Of a stretch of DNA of 64,000 nt, positions 31,601-41,430 are shown piece after piece. The notes under the pieces were generated by a model. It was not told the DNA's origin. It did no database searches and saw only the letters and a list, made by a program, of their open reading frames with translations. The stretch's first letter is position 1. The number at the start of each line of letters is the position of its first letter. Source of the DNA: a phage. The DNA lies in sequence record PQ478073.1. One strand, 5' to 3'. Made by a program: the position numbers and the translations under genes.

Positions 31601-31636
31601 TTTTGGACTCCATATAATTCGTTCATTCATTTGATT

Positions 31637-31643
31637 TATTTAT
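31637..31643 (-). promoter_or_regulatory. candidate late promoter (ATAAATA) for giant gene
   Basis: Minus-strand ATAAATA ~37 nt upstream of ATG 31600, just downstream of a terminator. Confidence 0.35.
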
Positions 31644-31647
31644 GATA

Positions 31648-31672
31648 TAAAAAAGGCGTTCCGAAGAACGCC
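31648..31672 (-). terminator. intrinsic terminator (minus strand), UUCG tetraloop
   Basis: Plus-strand GGCGTTC-cgaa-GAACGCC (31655-31672); on the minus strand this is a UUCG-loop hairpin followed by a T6 run (complement of 31649-31654). Confidence 0.7.
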
Positions 31673-31679
31673 CGTTATA

Positions 31680-34600
31680 TTAAGAACCGATATTAATATT
31701 ACTTTTAGCTAGTGAGTTAACAATTTGAACATTTTCAACAGATGCAGTACTCAAGAATATTTGGTCTGAACGTGAAGGGATTTCAAATAGAGAACCAAAT
31801 TTTGAATTTGGATTTTGTGCAACTATAACAATAGTACTAATATGTCTACCTAACTGTGAGTGTATGTAAGTACACAAATCAGTATAATAGAAACTTTCAC
31901 CGAAATCCCAGTTATCAACATTGAAGTATTCATTAGTTAATGCTATGACATTTTGACGAATTTCATCATCACTCATTGTGCTGTTTGGTAATTTCACTAC
32001 TTTAAAATCAGCTTTGTAATCTTCAGCAGCACTGTTTCCAAATAAAGGTAAGTACTCAGCACTATGCCAAATGATACTATCACTAATGACTATTTTTTGT
32101 TCAACATCTTTGAACATATCTTTTAATTCAACCGATGTTGGTGGTTTAGGAATACTACCAACAGCATTATTTTTCAACCAAACGTCAACTTCAGTTTTAT
32201 ATGAATTGGTTAATACATACATATCAATTAAGTTTGTTCTACTAGGATCAATGCGATTGTCGTCAGGTGCATAGTGTTTCCAATGGAAGTCTATACTAGT
32301 ACGTGCATTAGTTTTAACAGTGTACTGTGAAGTAACATCTTTGTATCCATAATAATCTAGCTTCTGATTCTCGTCAGCATTAGTTCCCATGTTATTAATT
32401 GCACGATAAAAAGCCAATTCAGGACTAACAGTGCCAGTATCATCGGAATAAGTTAAATTACTAATTAGTTGTCCCAAACGATCATTGTTATTGCCAACTG
32501 TTTGTTCAATAAAATAATATTTACCATCATAGTTAAAACCAACTAAAAATCCAGAACCTTTACTATATAATCCACTCAATGTGGTTGAACGAATTGCGTT
32601 ATTTCTAACAAATTCAGTTCTTTTATATGCATTCGGCTCTGCCAAAGCTTGTTCCATTGTATAAGACCACGATGAATCAAGAAGTGTGAAGGTATCATTT
32701 GGTAACGACAGTACTGATATAGTGAAATCACTATTTTCCTGAAATACCAAAATACCACCATATTTTAATGCATCGGTTCCAGTCCAAGTAGGAACAATTT
32801 CTTTAAATTGGTTTGGTTCCAATGGTATACCATTACTATCTACTTTCCTAGATGTAACAATAACACGAGAACCATCTAGATAGCCATTCTCTTGTTGAAT
32901 TGTGTCATAAATTTGAAAATCTATATTACTTGTCAATCCTGAATTACTACTACTAGTAGTGTTAGATGATAAAATTTCAATCTTATCACTTTGAACTGTA
33001 CCAGTACTTATATCAGTAATTTTTTTAGATGATACAAAGTAAAATCTTACTTTTTCTCCACCCACAAAAATATATTCAATACCGTTAGCATCAAATTCCC
33101 AAGTTTCTGCTGTATATTTTACATTTATTATAATTAAAACTTCATTACCATTATACACAATAGTATCGTCATTAGTACTTGCTTCGATTGGAACCCATGA
33201 AGTTGTTTCTTTATCATGTACAATTACAAAATCGGTTTTTTTATCCAACATAGCAGAAATAGACTGAACTTCAACTGTGTTAAATCTAGTTCTATATGGT
33301 AATATGTACTCTATTGCTTGCATTCCACTAGGAACAGATGTGCTTAGTACATAAAAACCATTATCTAACACACTTACAACACTTGCCCATATCGTAGTAC
33401 CAGAATTAGAAAATTTAATAAGAGTACCTACCTGATACGAACCATACACTGTTCCAGACGAACCCAAAATTCTGCCATATGTATTGGTTGTGTAATTTGA
33501 ATTGTACACTGGAGTCCATGCTTGTTGTATTTCAATACCAATTGTATTGGATGGATACGCTTGATAACGTTGTATTACTGCATTTTCCCCAATCAATGGT
33601 TGAATATTGTCAATAACAATACTAGCATTTGTTTTTGTAGTTGGGAGCAATAACGATCTATTAAATTGCGTGTTTTCTTGATATAATGCACCATCATCAC
33701 TAAAAACGTCGGTATTCTGATACTTACCAGTAGGATCATTGATATCAATGAACCTTGATTGACCACTATAAATTCTATTAATAGCTTTAGATTTAAGTAC
33801 TGTATTTCCTAAACTAAGTGGTGCTATATTATAATCTTCACCATTGACAAAACGGTTTTGGGTATAGTACATTTGTGGTGCACGTGCTTTAATCTGCTCA
33901 ATAGTTTCAGCACTTTGTGCACGGTCGGACTCATATTGTAATGAAAAACGTATATCCAATGTACTAGATTCATAACTTGACTGTGTTTTTGTACGATATG
34001 TATATTTTACGCTTTTATTTTGAATTTCAGAAGTTTTAATGTTATATGTTTTACCATTACTAACACGATACCATACACGGAACGTCCCACGGGGAACAAC
34101 ACCACTTCTTGAGTCTGGGTACTTAATTGTTATTTGGTCTTTATCACGAGTAGTAACAGCAAAAATTGTTTTTAATTGACGATTAACAGTGTTATATGCA
34201 ATACTTTCCATTGATGGAACTTTTGTCCATTTGGTACGAACAATACCATCTTCATTTATTTCTTGAACCCATACATCAGTTTCGTTGATATTATCAACGT
34301 TAATATCTTGTATACGGTTCTCTTCACGGATAGCATATTGATAATCTTGATATGTTAATGTACCTTGTACGAAATATACAAAAAACCCAGTATTTGGTGA
34401 GCTAAATCCATTACCATCATTTTGATAAACAATATATTTTTGCTCTTGTGGTTCTGGATGTCGTTCTTCAACACCAACAGACGTAATGTCAGGATTCACT
34501 ACTTCAAATGTCATAGATTCACCATTGACAGTTGCAATAAATGGAATACTGGGTGCTGTCATTGGGATGGTGTTCATTCGATATAGTTGACGGGAGACAC

Positions 34601-35141
34601 CATTAACATCAATACGCTTGACTGGATTACCAAATTGGTTAGTACTGACAAATGAACTGTTCATTACTAGAATAAAGTTTTCATACCAGTTAGCATCCAT
34701 CGGGTCATTCCAACGAATAATTTTATCTTTTAATGATTCATTAAAACTATTACGAACATCTTGGTTTGTTTTAATTTCGGTTAATTTAGCAACTGCACGA
34801 CCTGGATATGAGCGGCGTGGTGAGTAAGAAATCATTTTAGCTAGTTTTAGTACTGATGCACGACGAGTTGCAGTATCTAAAAAGTTTTCACGTGTGTTCA
34901 AATCCATACGAAATGCCAAGTTCTGACCTAGCATAGAAATCGTATCTAAAATAAAAATAAACTGGTCGTTTTCGATCCAGTCATTGAATGAGTCTGGGTA
35001 AGTTGCACGTAGATAATCAATCATACTCTGACGGATAGTGTCGAAATCATAAGCTGTTAGATTGATTTTATAAAAACTTTCATATACTTGAGTCCAATCC
35101 TCACCAGCGTATAAATTTGATTGCCTTTTTTGTTGTGACAT
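31680..35141 (-). CDS. baseplate wedge protein, gp6 / Baseplate-J-like candidate (1153 aa)
   Basis: Sits immediately downstream of the gp25-like gene (the conserved gp25-gp6 / W-J order); AAGGA SD. The assignment is mainly positional. Confidence 0.45.
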   Translation of the reverse strand: MSQQKRQSNLYAGEDWTQVYESFYKINLTAYDFDTIRQSMIDYLRATYPDSFNDWIENDQFIFILDTISMLGQNLAFRMDLNTRENFLDTATRRASVLKLAKMISYSPRRSYPGRAVAKLTEIKTNQDVRNSFNESLKDKIIRWNDPMDANWYENFILVMNSSFVSTNQFGNPVKRIDVNGVSRQLYRMNTIPMTAPSIPFIATVNGESMTFEVVNPDITSVGVEERHPEPQEQKYIVYQNDGNGFSSPNTGFFVYFVQGTLTYQDYQYAIREENRIQDINVDNINETDVWVQEINEDGIVRTKWTKVPSMESIAYNTVNRQLKTIFAVTTRDKDQITIKYPDSRSGVVPRGTFRVWYRVSNGKTYNIKTSEIQNKSVKYTYRTKTQSSYESSTLDIRFSLQYESDRAQSAETIEQIKARAPQMYYTQNRFVNGEDYNIAPLSLGNTVLKSKAINRIYSGQSRFIDINDPTGKYQNTDVFSDDGALYQENTQFNRSLLLPTTKTNASIVIDNIQPLIGENAVIQRYQAYPSNTIGIEIQQAWTPVYNSNYTTNTYGRILGSSGTVYGSYQVGTLIKFSNSGTTIWASVVSVLDNGFYVLSTSVPSGMQAIEYILPYRTRFNTVEVQSISAMLDKKTDFVIVHDKETTSWVPIEASTNDDTIVYNGNEVLIIINVKYTAETWEFDANGIEYIFVGGEKVRFYFVSSKKITDISTGTVQSDKIEILSSNTTSSSNSGLTSNIDFQIYDTIQQENGYLDGSRVIVTSRKVDSNGIPLEPNQFKEIVPTWTGTDALKYGGILVFQENSDFTISVLSLPNDTFTLLDSSWSYTMEQALAEPNAYKRTEFVRNNAIRSTTLSGLYSKGSGFLVGFNYDGKYYFIEQTVGNNNDRLGQLISNLTYSDDTGTVSPELAFYRAINNMGTNADENQKLDYYGYKDVTSQYTVKTNARTSIDFHWKHYAPDDNRIDPSRTNLIDMYVLTNSYKTEVDVWLKNNAVGSIPKPPTSVELKDMFKDVEQKIVISDSIIWHSAEYLPLFGNSAAEDYKADFKVVKLPNSTMSDDEIRQNVIALTNEYFNVDNWDFGESFYYTDLCTYIHSQLGRHISTIVIVAQNPNSKFGSLFEIPSRSDQIFLSTASVENVQIVNSLAKSNINIGS

Positions 35142-35199
35142 AATTTATTCCTTTAAATCAGTAAAGTACTAGTTCAGTACTGGGAATTATATATAGAAA

Positions 35200-35206
35200 T
35201 ATTTAT
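35200..35206 (-). promoter_or_regulatory. candidate late promoter (ATAAATAT) for gp6-like gene
   Basis: Minus-strand ATAAATA(T) between the terminator and the SD of the 35141 start. Confidence 0.35.
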
Positions 35207-35214
35207 TCAAAAAG

Positions 35215-35238
35215 AAAAGCACTCCGAAGAGTGCTTTT
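35215..35238 (-). terminator. intrinsic terminator (minus strand), UUCG tetraloop
   Basis: Plus-strand AAAAGCACTC-cgaa-GAGTGCTTTT; on the minus strand the hairpin is followed by TTTTCTTTTT. Confidence 0.7.
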
Positions 35239-35242
35239 ATAA

Positions 35243-35638
35243 TTATAAAGACGAAACTGAATATGTTGCCATTCGGTTATTACTTCTAGCATCAAATACA
35301 ATAGTAAGTTCTTCTAATGCATCTAATACTACATACTCTAATACGATGTTCATTTGATAACCATATTCTATTCTTGAAATTTGCAATTTCTTGAGATTCA
35401 ATCTTGGATCTAAGCTAATTATTCTACGGGCATCTGCTTCTAAAAGGTTGATAGTATTATAACCTTCTAGTTCAAATAACAAATCCCATGCAATAAAACC
35501 ATAGTCCGCATCAAATGCTCTTTCGCCTTTTTTTGTGTTAAAATGATTCATTAAATCTTGACGAACCAGTTCACTATCATACAATGTTTCGGTTCTACCC
35601 ACAACAGGAGTATGAAATCCTTTAAAAACAACTGCCAT
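35243..35638 (-). CDS. 25: baseplate wedge protein, gp25 / GPW-like (131 aa)
   Basis: Size and pattern RTETLYDSELVRQDLMNHFNTKKGERAFDADYGFIAWDLLFE resemble T4 gp25 (...TRKGSRPFDPEFGCDLSDQLFE...); located between lysozyme and the gp6-like gene. Confidence 0.7.
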   Translation of the reverse strand: MAVVFKGFHTPVVGRTETLYDSELVRQDLMNHFNTKKGERAFDADYGFIAWDLLFELEGYNTINLLEADARRIISLDPRLNLKKLQISRIEYGYQMNIVLEYVVLDALEELTIVFDARSNNRMATYSVSSL

Positions 35639-35652
35639 TGATTATTCCTTTA

Positions 35653-36141
35653 TTATACGGATTCAACGATACGTGCCATCTTTTCCGCTCTTGAAGTGGT
35701 TTGTTTATACCAAGTACTATCACGCATTTCTTTACCAGCAGTTTTGTAATCACCCTTACCCAAAGCAGTGAGTGCTTTTTTGAATTTCAAAACTTTGGTT
35801 TTGCCCATTTGGAATACCATTAACCATAATACACGTTGTACTTGGACTGGTGCGGTCATACCAAATTGTTCATAAATTGATTTTGCATCATTGTACGCAG
35901 TTTGTGCATCTTTAAGAAGAAGTTGGTCAGCTTGTGATTCAGTTAGTCCATTTTTGAAGTTTTCACCTGGAAGAACTAGATGACCATAACCAATAGTATC
36001 AAGACCTAAGCTGTCTTTATATACCCAAAACTTATCATTTTTAAAATAACCAAGTTTTTTCTGGTATGCAATTGTACCTTCAAATTCTTTTACTTCTTTG
36101 AAAAATTGCTCATCTGTATTTTTAATTTCCCATTTACTCAT
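35653..36141 (-). CDS. e: T4-type lysozyme (GH24), endolysin candidate (162 aa)
   Basis: EFEG...YKDSLGLDTIGYGHL (Glu/Asp/Thr catalytic pattern of T4 lysozyme) and LWLMVFQMGKTKVLKF; paralogous to the C-terminal domain of the neighbouring gp5-like protein. Confidence 0.88.
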   Translation of the reverse strand: MSKWEIKNTDEQFFKEVKEFEGTIAYQKKLGYFKNDKFWVYKDSLGLDTIGYGHLVLPGENFKNGLTESQADQLLLKDAQTAYNDAKSIYEQFGMTAPVQVQRVLWLMVFQMGKTKVLKFKKALTALGKGDYKTAGKEMRDSTWYKQTTSRAEKMARIVESV

Positions 36142-36157
36142 AAAGATATCCTCGTTT

Positions 36158-36165
36158 TATTTATA
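36158..36165 (-). promoter_or_regulatory. candidate late promoter (TATAAATA) for lysozyme gene
   Basis: Exact minus-strand TATAAATA 17 nt upstream of ATG 36141. Confidence 0.4.
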
Positions 36166-36177
36166 GTGCTAAAATAT

Positions 36178-38841
36178 TTATTGACATGCCTCCAAACGAC
36201 GAGCCATTAACTCCGCACGGCGGGTGGTTTGGCGATACCAAGCAGAATTGCGGATTTGTGCCGCTGCTTGTTTATAATTACCTTTTGCCATTTCTGATAA
36301 CATAGTTTTAAATTTCAATACACCACCTTTACCCATCTGAAATACCATTTGGCATAGTACTTGTTGAGCAAGATAAGGAGTTTTCATGTTATATGAAGCA
36401 TAAATTGATTTGGCATCATAAATTGCTTTACTACTATCACGAACTAACATATCATTTGCTTGTTGTTCAGTTATTCCATCAGAGAAGTTTTCACCGCTAA
36501 CAATTAAGTGACCGTAACCAATAGTTGGATATCCACGACTATCTAAATAACGCCAGAACTTACCATTACGATAATACCCCTTTGCTTGTTGATATTGTAA
36601 TGTACCCTCATATTCTTTTAATTCAGAAATAAACTGAGCATCACCAGGAACAACTTTCCAATCTATGGCTGTTTTATCAACATTACCTATATTATAAGTT
36701 GGTTGCTCAACTGGCGTAGTTGAAACACCACTTCTTTGTGTTCTTCTTCGACGAGGAACATGTCGTGAACCACGTTGTGAATAACCTGTACCAATTGTTT
36801 TAATTTTTGTAGTAACTACTAATTCATCACTATCAACAGAAGGTTGCACTACTGCTTGAGGTGCAGATTGATTGGTTGCTTTTCCTGCAATTAATGTTTT
36901 ATTGGCTGCGTCAGAACCAGTACCAGTTTGAGATGCATAAAATAGACCCGGATCAACTGAACCGCTAAAACCAAGCACGTTAGCTGATGTAACACGTATT
37001 TCAAACTGTATAACACCATTTGCTTTACCAACAACTTGGCCTTTTTGAACAACATCTTTGTTTAATAAATCAGATTGAATATTATAAAATACAGATTTAT
37101 ATCCTGACTTATGTTGTATTAACAGTGCACCATTAGTAATTACTATTACACCACCATCGGGTGCAACTATGTCACCTTTACATTGTATTTCCCATCCAGA
37201 ACGATCTGACTTCCCACCACTTTGTGTTGGAACACCTTTCCCCCAATAACCATATTGGCGAATAGTACCACTACATGGCATGAACATATGTAAACCTTCA
37301 TATGTAATACTATATCCAGTCATCCCAGGGTCAGATGTCATTAAATCTTGAGATTGCACTTGTTCAGTTTCTGATGTATAGTTAACAAACTGAACAGCTT
37401 CAGTGTCTTGTGCTACGGGTAATTCTGGTGATACATCATTTGCTGGTTGTGGTTGTACTGGTGATTCACTAGAACCACTTCCACCACCTTGTCTTGGTGG
37501 TTCAACATAACTACCATGATTTTCAGCGTTAACCCATGCAGCAATATCATGAATGTGTTCATTAAGACCAGCAGATGGTGTTCTAAAGTTTGGTGCAGTA
37601 AATTCAGCAGTACCGCTATTACCACCACTATTAACTGTTAATGTTTGACCACCACCACTAATAATTGCTGATGATGATCCAATTAGGTTTGCAGATGTTG
37701 CGGCAGAAATAGAAGCATTTGAACCAGCCGTAATATCAGTACTGCTACCACTTTGCATACGTAATGATGCAGCAGTAACTAAACGAAGGTCTGCCCCAGA
37801 ATTAACAACAACTTGTCCACCAACTTTTGCATCAAGAGCACCAATTAGATCTAATTTAGTATTTGCACCAACTCGTGCATTGAAATCTTGTCCGGTTTCA
37901 ATATTATATGAACGTCCAGCAGTAATATTAATATCTTGACCAGCACGAATATTAATATTCTTATCACAGTGCATGTCAATATCACCTTCACCAGTGAATT
38001 TTATACGTGCAGTGCCATCACGGTTAATTAAAAGAACATCACCAGTAGCTTCTGATAAAAGAAGTTGTGCACCACTACGTGTTTTTATTACGACACCTTC
38101 ATTTTTACGAGAACCAACACGTGTATCGTTTACTGGGTTATTAAATTGTGTATCTTGATATCCATCTGGGTCTTGATCCCACGTTGGTGCTGTTAATTCC
38201 TCTTCAGTATATCCATCATCAATAATAAAACTATTACCACGTGGCGAAGACATACCATATACAGTACTGGTGGTTTGTCGAGTACTACTACGATTCGCCA
38301 ACCCAGCTTCTTCGTCATATAAAAGGTTTTGCTTTTTAAGACCTGCGATAATTGGAACGTTAGCATATTTGTCTTGCATATCGGTAGTGATAGTGTTACG
38401 ATCATAGTCAGTAACAGGAAGTGGCATATCAGTTCCACCATAATTACTTACTTCAGTTGCCATGCCTGGAACCATAGTATTCATACGCTGGTCATATACA
38501 CAACCAATCCAATATGCTTGGAATGTACGGGCTTGTGCAAAAATTACAACAACTGTACACCCTACGTCTGGTGGTACTGCCCAAAAACCGTATCCTTTTG
38601 GATATTGACCATATGCATCAGCACTTGGAATACCTGGTGTTTTACCAGCAAAAGGAGACATGTAAGATGCTTCTATCCATGATTCTTTTGAGTTTTTATC
38701 ACTTTGAGAACCTTGTATCCAAACTTTCAGTTTTCCTGATTTAGTTGGATCTCTGTTATCCATAACAGTTGCTAACTGCGGATAAGATGGGTCAAAACGA
38801 CCCAACTGCTGTTGTGCATACTTTTTACTTGTATCTGCCAT
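36178..38841 (-). CDS. 5: baseplate central spike, gp5-like, with C-terminal T4-type lysozyme domain (887 aa)
   Basis: N-terminal OB-like region (GKLKVWIQG...); VgrG/gp5-like beta-helical repeats (INIRAGQDINITAGRSYNIETGQDFNARVGANTKLDL...); M23/LytM-like segment lacking the usual His/Asp zinc ligands (~36994-37323); C-terminal GH24 lysozyme (TIGYGHL, QMVFQMGKGGV; ~36181-36663). Confidence 0.75.
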   Translation of the reverse strand: MADTSKKYAQQQLGRFDPSYPQLATVMDNRDPTKSGKLKVWIQGSQSDKNSKESWIEASYMSPFAGKTPGIPSADAYGQYPKGYGFWAVPPDVGCTVVVIFAQARTFQAYWIGCVYDQRMNTMVPGMATEVSNYGGTDMPLPVTDYDRNTITTDMQDKYANVPIIAGLKKQNLLYDEEAGLANRSSTRQTTSTVYGMSSPRGNSFIIDDGYTEEELTAPTWDQDPDGYQDTQFNNPVNDTRVGSRKNEGVVIKTRSGAQLLLSEATGDVLLINRDGTARIKFTGEGDIDMHCDKNINIRAGQDINITAGRSYNIETGQDFNARVGANTKLDLIGALDAKVGGQVVVNSGADLRLVTAASLRMQSGSSTDITAGSNASISAATSANLIGSSSAIISGGGQTLTVNSGGNSGTAEFTAPNFRTPSAGLNEHIHDIAAWVNAENHGSYVEPPRQGGGSGSSESPVQPQPANDVSPELPVAQDTEAVQFVNYTSETEQVQSQDLMTSDPGMTGYSITYEGLHMFMPCSGTIRQYGYWGKGVPTQSGGKSDRSGWEIQCKGDIVAPDGGVIVITNGALLIQHKSGYKSVFYNIQSDLLNKDVVQKGQVVGKANGVIQFEIRVTSANVLGFSGSVDPGLFYASQTGTGSDAANKTLIAGKATNQSAPQAVVQPSVDSDELVVTTKIKTIGTGYSQRGSRHVPRRRRTQRSGVSTTPVEQPTYNIGNVDKTAIDWKVVPGDAQFISELKEYEGTLQYQQAKGYYRNGKFWRYLDSRGYPTIGYGHLIVSGENFSDGITEQQANDMLVRDSSKAIYDAKSIYASYNMKTPYLAQQVLCQMVFQMGKGGVLKFKTMLSEMAKGNYKQAAAQIRNSAWYRQTTRRAELMARRLEACQ

Positions 38842-38854
38842 AATATTTTATTCC

Positions 38855-41104
38855 TTAATCAACTATACTATCGTGACGTTTAAGTGCACGAATTACAATT
38901 GCAGCTTGAATTTGTTGTGTAAAAGAACCACCTGCACCAAAATCATGAACAATTTTATTAACACGATAAATTGTTTGGTTAAATGTGGTTGGTGTATTAA
39001 TATCCAAAACACCAGTGTTATCATTTATTGATATTACTGGTTGTAATTTTAGTAATAGATACGCTTCAGATGTTATATAATTTGCTACATGATAATCATC
39101 TGGGTTAATTTCCATATCTTCACCATTAATTACTTGTTCTAGATATTGTAAGTAAGAGTAATCACTCCACCCTAACCAGTACGGGTCGCCTACTACACGC
39201 ATATCGAGTTTACACAAAAAAGGTCTATTGTAATAGTTGTCACGTATTTTACGTCTATCCATTTCATATGTGCTGCTGTTATCGTTTAACGAAGCGGATA
39301 AAGTTGTTTCATTGTTAGTTGCTTCGGTTGGCATTGTGAACACTTCACCATAACGGTGACCAACACCATCAGTACCGCCATCGTTTTCTTCATAAGTGGT
39401 TACATAATCTTCAATATATTGAGGTAAAACATTGACTTGATAGTTATTATAACGGTCTTGTTCTTCTGCGTTACCAACCTGCATTTGATTTTTTGCTAAA
39501 GTTTCAACTTCAGTTAACAATTGTTGTTGGGCTTGTGTTAACATCCCTCCTAAATCACGAGTTACACGTAAATCACTTGTTTTTGCCCATGCGTCTGGTA
39601 TACTATTGTATTGTACACCTTGAATATTGAGTTCTTGGGATGTATGTGTACCTGCATGGTTCGCTACATCTTGTATCGGACCAGGGTTACGTGTAGTGGC
39701 TACGAAAAATTGCTGATCAAATTTCAAATCCAAATCAAGTATCTCACTATTAAGCCCACTAAATTGATAATTATAAGTTTTCATGTTTATTTTTGGTTTT
39801 TGATCATTAGGATCTACGTATTTTTCTGCGTTCTCAAAAAAGTACTCAAATGTGAAATTTTCAGGTTGTAAATCCGATTCATGAACAATATCACCTATTT
39901 TAAATCTAACAATATAAAAAATTACTTTATAAACAGAAGTATTACGATAATTATCAAAACCAACGTATTGTTTAACTGGTATAATGTTTACAAATTGACG
40001 CACACTAGTACTATCATCGGCTTGTACAGTACATGTATCAATAACGTCATCAATAATTCGAGATATAGGAGTACTTGGGTTCCATGAAAAGTTTTTAGAA
40101 CCTTGTGCACCACTTTTAGTTGTTCCGGCCTCTGCCATTTGTTTAGAATCATAGTTTATAAACAAATCTTGCAAATCAGGTGCTACTTTAAATTCGAAAA
40201 ATTTACCTTCGGATAATTCACCAAATTTATATCTAAGATAACCATATTGTTGGTCAGCCATCTGATTTAATTTATCTTCTAAATCAAAGCAGAAGTCACC
40301 AAAGTTTTCAGCAGTACAATTGAATGGTTCTTTTAAGGTCCATTCAATGTTATCAACTAAAGCTGCTCTATTATGAACTAAGTTCATAGTATACATCATA
40401 GTACTACCACTTTGTGAAGCACTTGCAGTAACACTATTAATTTTAACTGACCAGCGTCTTGTTGTTTCTGGGATAATTTCAGGTATTCCATTTTTATTAA
40501 AGCCAATAAACTTTAATTCCAAGATCAATGGCAAGTCCATAAATTTATGATATCTAAGTTTGTTACTTAACGAAATTAATTCATCATATAGACTCATACT
40601 ATTATTTTCAGACATATTAAGTACTGCTGTATTAAAACAATAGTTTGTTGTCATTCCTGGTGTTGAAGGTCCAGCTTGTGTCATTTGTACACTAGTGATA
40701 TTATATTTGCCAGTAACACCACTTTCTGATATCACATGTCGTTGCACTTCTGCATCTGGGTAAAGCCAAAAGTTTTTAAAATCATCTTTATCTAAGGCAA
40801 ATAAACAAAAGTGCCAAGTTGGGTTATCATATTTCAATAATTTATTGTCATACGGTATTACAAACTGACTTAAATCGAGATCTTCATAAACTTGATCAAC
40901 ACTAGCACTTTGTTTTGGTAATGATACTACATTACTTACATTTGCTTTGTAATTATTTTTTGTAATAGTTTTTACATCATTTTGTAATGTATTTGCTGTA
41001 GCTTTCAAACTATCAAGTGCATTAGATGTGGTGGTTTTAGCCTTACCAGTAATACTTGTAATATCATTTTGAAAATTATCAACTGTACTTCGTAAATCTG
41101 CCAT
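38855..41104 (-). CDS. putative baseplate hub protein (749 aa)
   Basis: Immediately upstream of the gp5-like spike gene in the same operon; no motif recognised, assignment is positional. Confidence 0.4.
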   Translation of the reverse strand: MADLRSTVDNFQNDITSITGKAKTTTSNALDSLKATANTLQNDVKTITKNNYKANVSNVVSLPKQSASVDQVYEDLDLSQFVIPYDNKLLKYDNPTWHFCLFALDKDDFKNFWLYPDAEVQRHVISESGVTGKYNITSVQMTQAGPSTPGMTTNYCFNTAVLNMSENNSMSLYDELISLSNKLRYHKFMDLPLILELKFIGFNKNGIPEIIPETTRRWSVKINSVTASASQSGSTMMYTMNLVHNRAALVDNIEWTLKEPFNCTAENFGDFCFDLEDKLNQMADQQYGYLRYKFGELSEGKFFEFKVAPDLQDLFINYDSKQMAEAGTTKSGAQGSKNFSWNPSTPISRIIDDVIDTCTVQADDSTSVRQFVNIIPVKQYVGFDNYRNTSVYKVIFYIVRFKIGDIVHESDLQPENFTFEYFFENAEKYVDPNDQKPKINMKTYNYQFSGLNSEILDLDLKFDQQFFVATTRNPGPIQDVANHAGTHTSQELNIQGVQYNSIPDAWAKTSDLRVTRDLGGMLTQAQQQLLTEVETLAKNQMQVGNAEEQDRYNNYQVNVLPQYIEDYVTTYEENDGGTDGVGHRYGEVFTMPTEATNNETTLSASLNDNSSTYEMDRRKIRDNYYNRPFLCKLDMRVVGDPYWLGWSDYSYLQYLEQVINGEDMEINPDDYHVANYITSEAYLLLKLQPVISINDNTGVLDINTPTTFNQTIYRVNKIVHDFGAGGSFTQQIQAAIVIRALKRHDSIVD

Positions 41105-41115
41105 ACGTTACTCCA

Positions 41116-41430
41116 TTAGCCTATGTTTCGAGTACCATTAAGATAATTCTGTACTCTTTGATTTGCTGGTATTCTAATTGTTACTCCACTTTTAAAATTA
41201 TATATAGGATCTTCTCCTAGTATGTCTGGATTTAACAATGCGAAAATATAATATAAGCGTTCATTACCATACATTTCGTATGCTAAACGCCAAGGTTGAT
41301 ATTCATATTTCAATGGGATCTCATAAAAATCATCAGTATCAGCCGGAACAATATCACGTGGTAAATTATACCCAAGATACCATGTTTGTTTCACCTTAGC
41401 GTAAGGTGAGTATTGACTATAGTTGGACAT
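41116..41430 (-). CDS. LysM-like small baseplate protein (104 aa)
   Basis: C-terminal ...YYIFALLNPDILGEDPIYNFKSGVTIRIP resembles the LysM-type motif of tail protein X / gp53-class proteins. Start overlaps the upstream stop (TAATG). Confidence 0.5.
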   Translation of the reverse strand: MSNYSQYSPYAKVKQTWYLGYNLPRDIVPADTDDFYEIPLKYEYQPWRLAYEMYGNERLYYIFALLNPDILGEDPIYNFKSGVTIRIPANQRVQNYLNGTRNIG

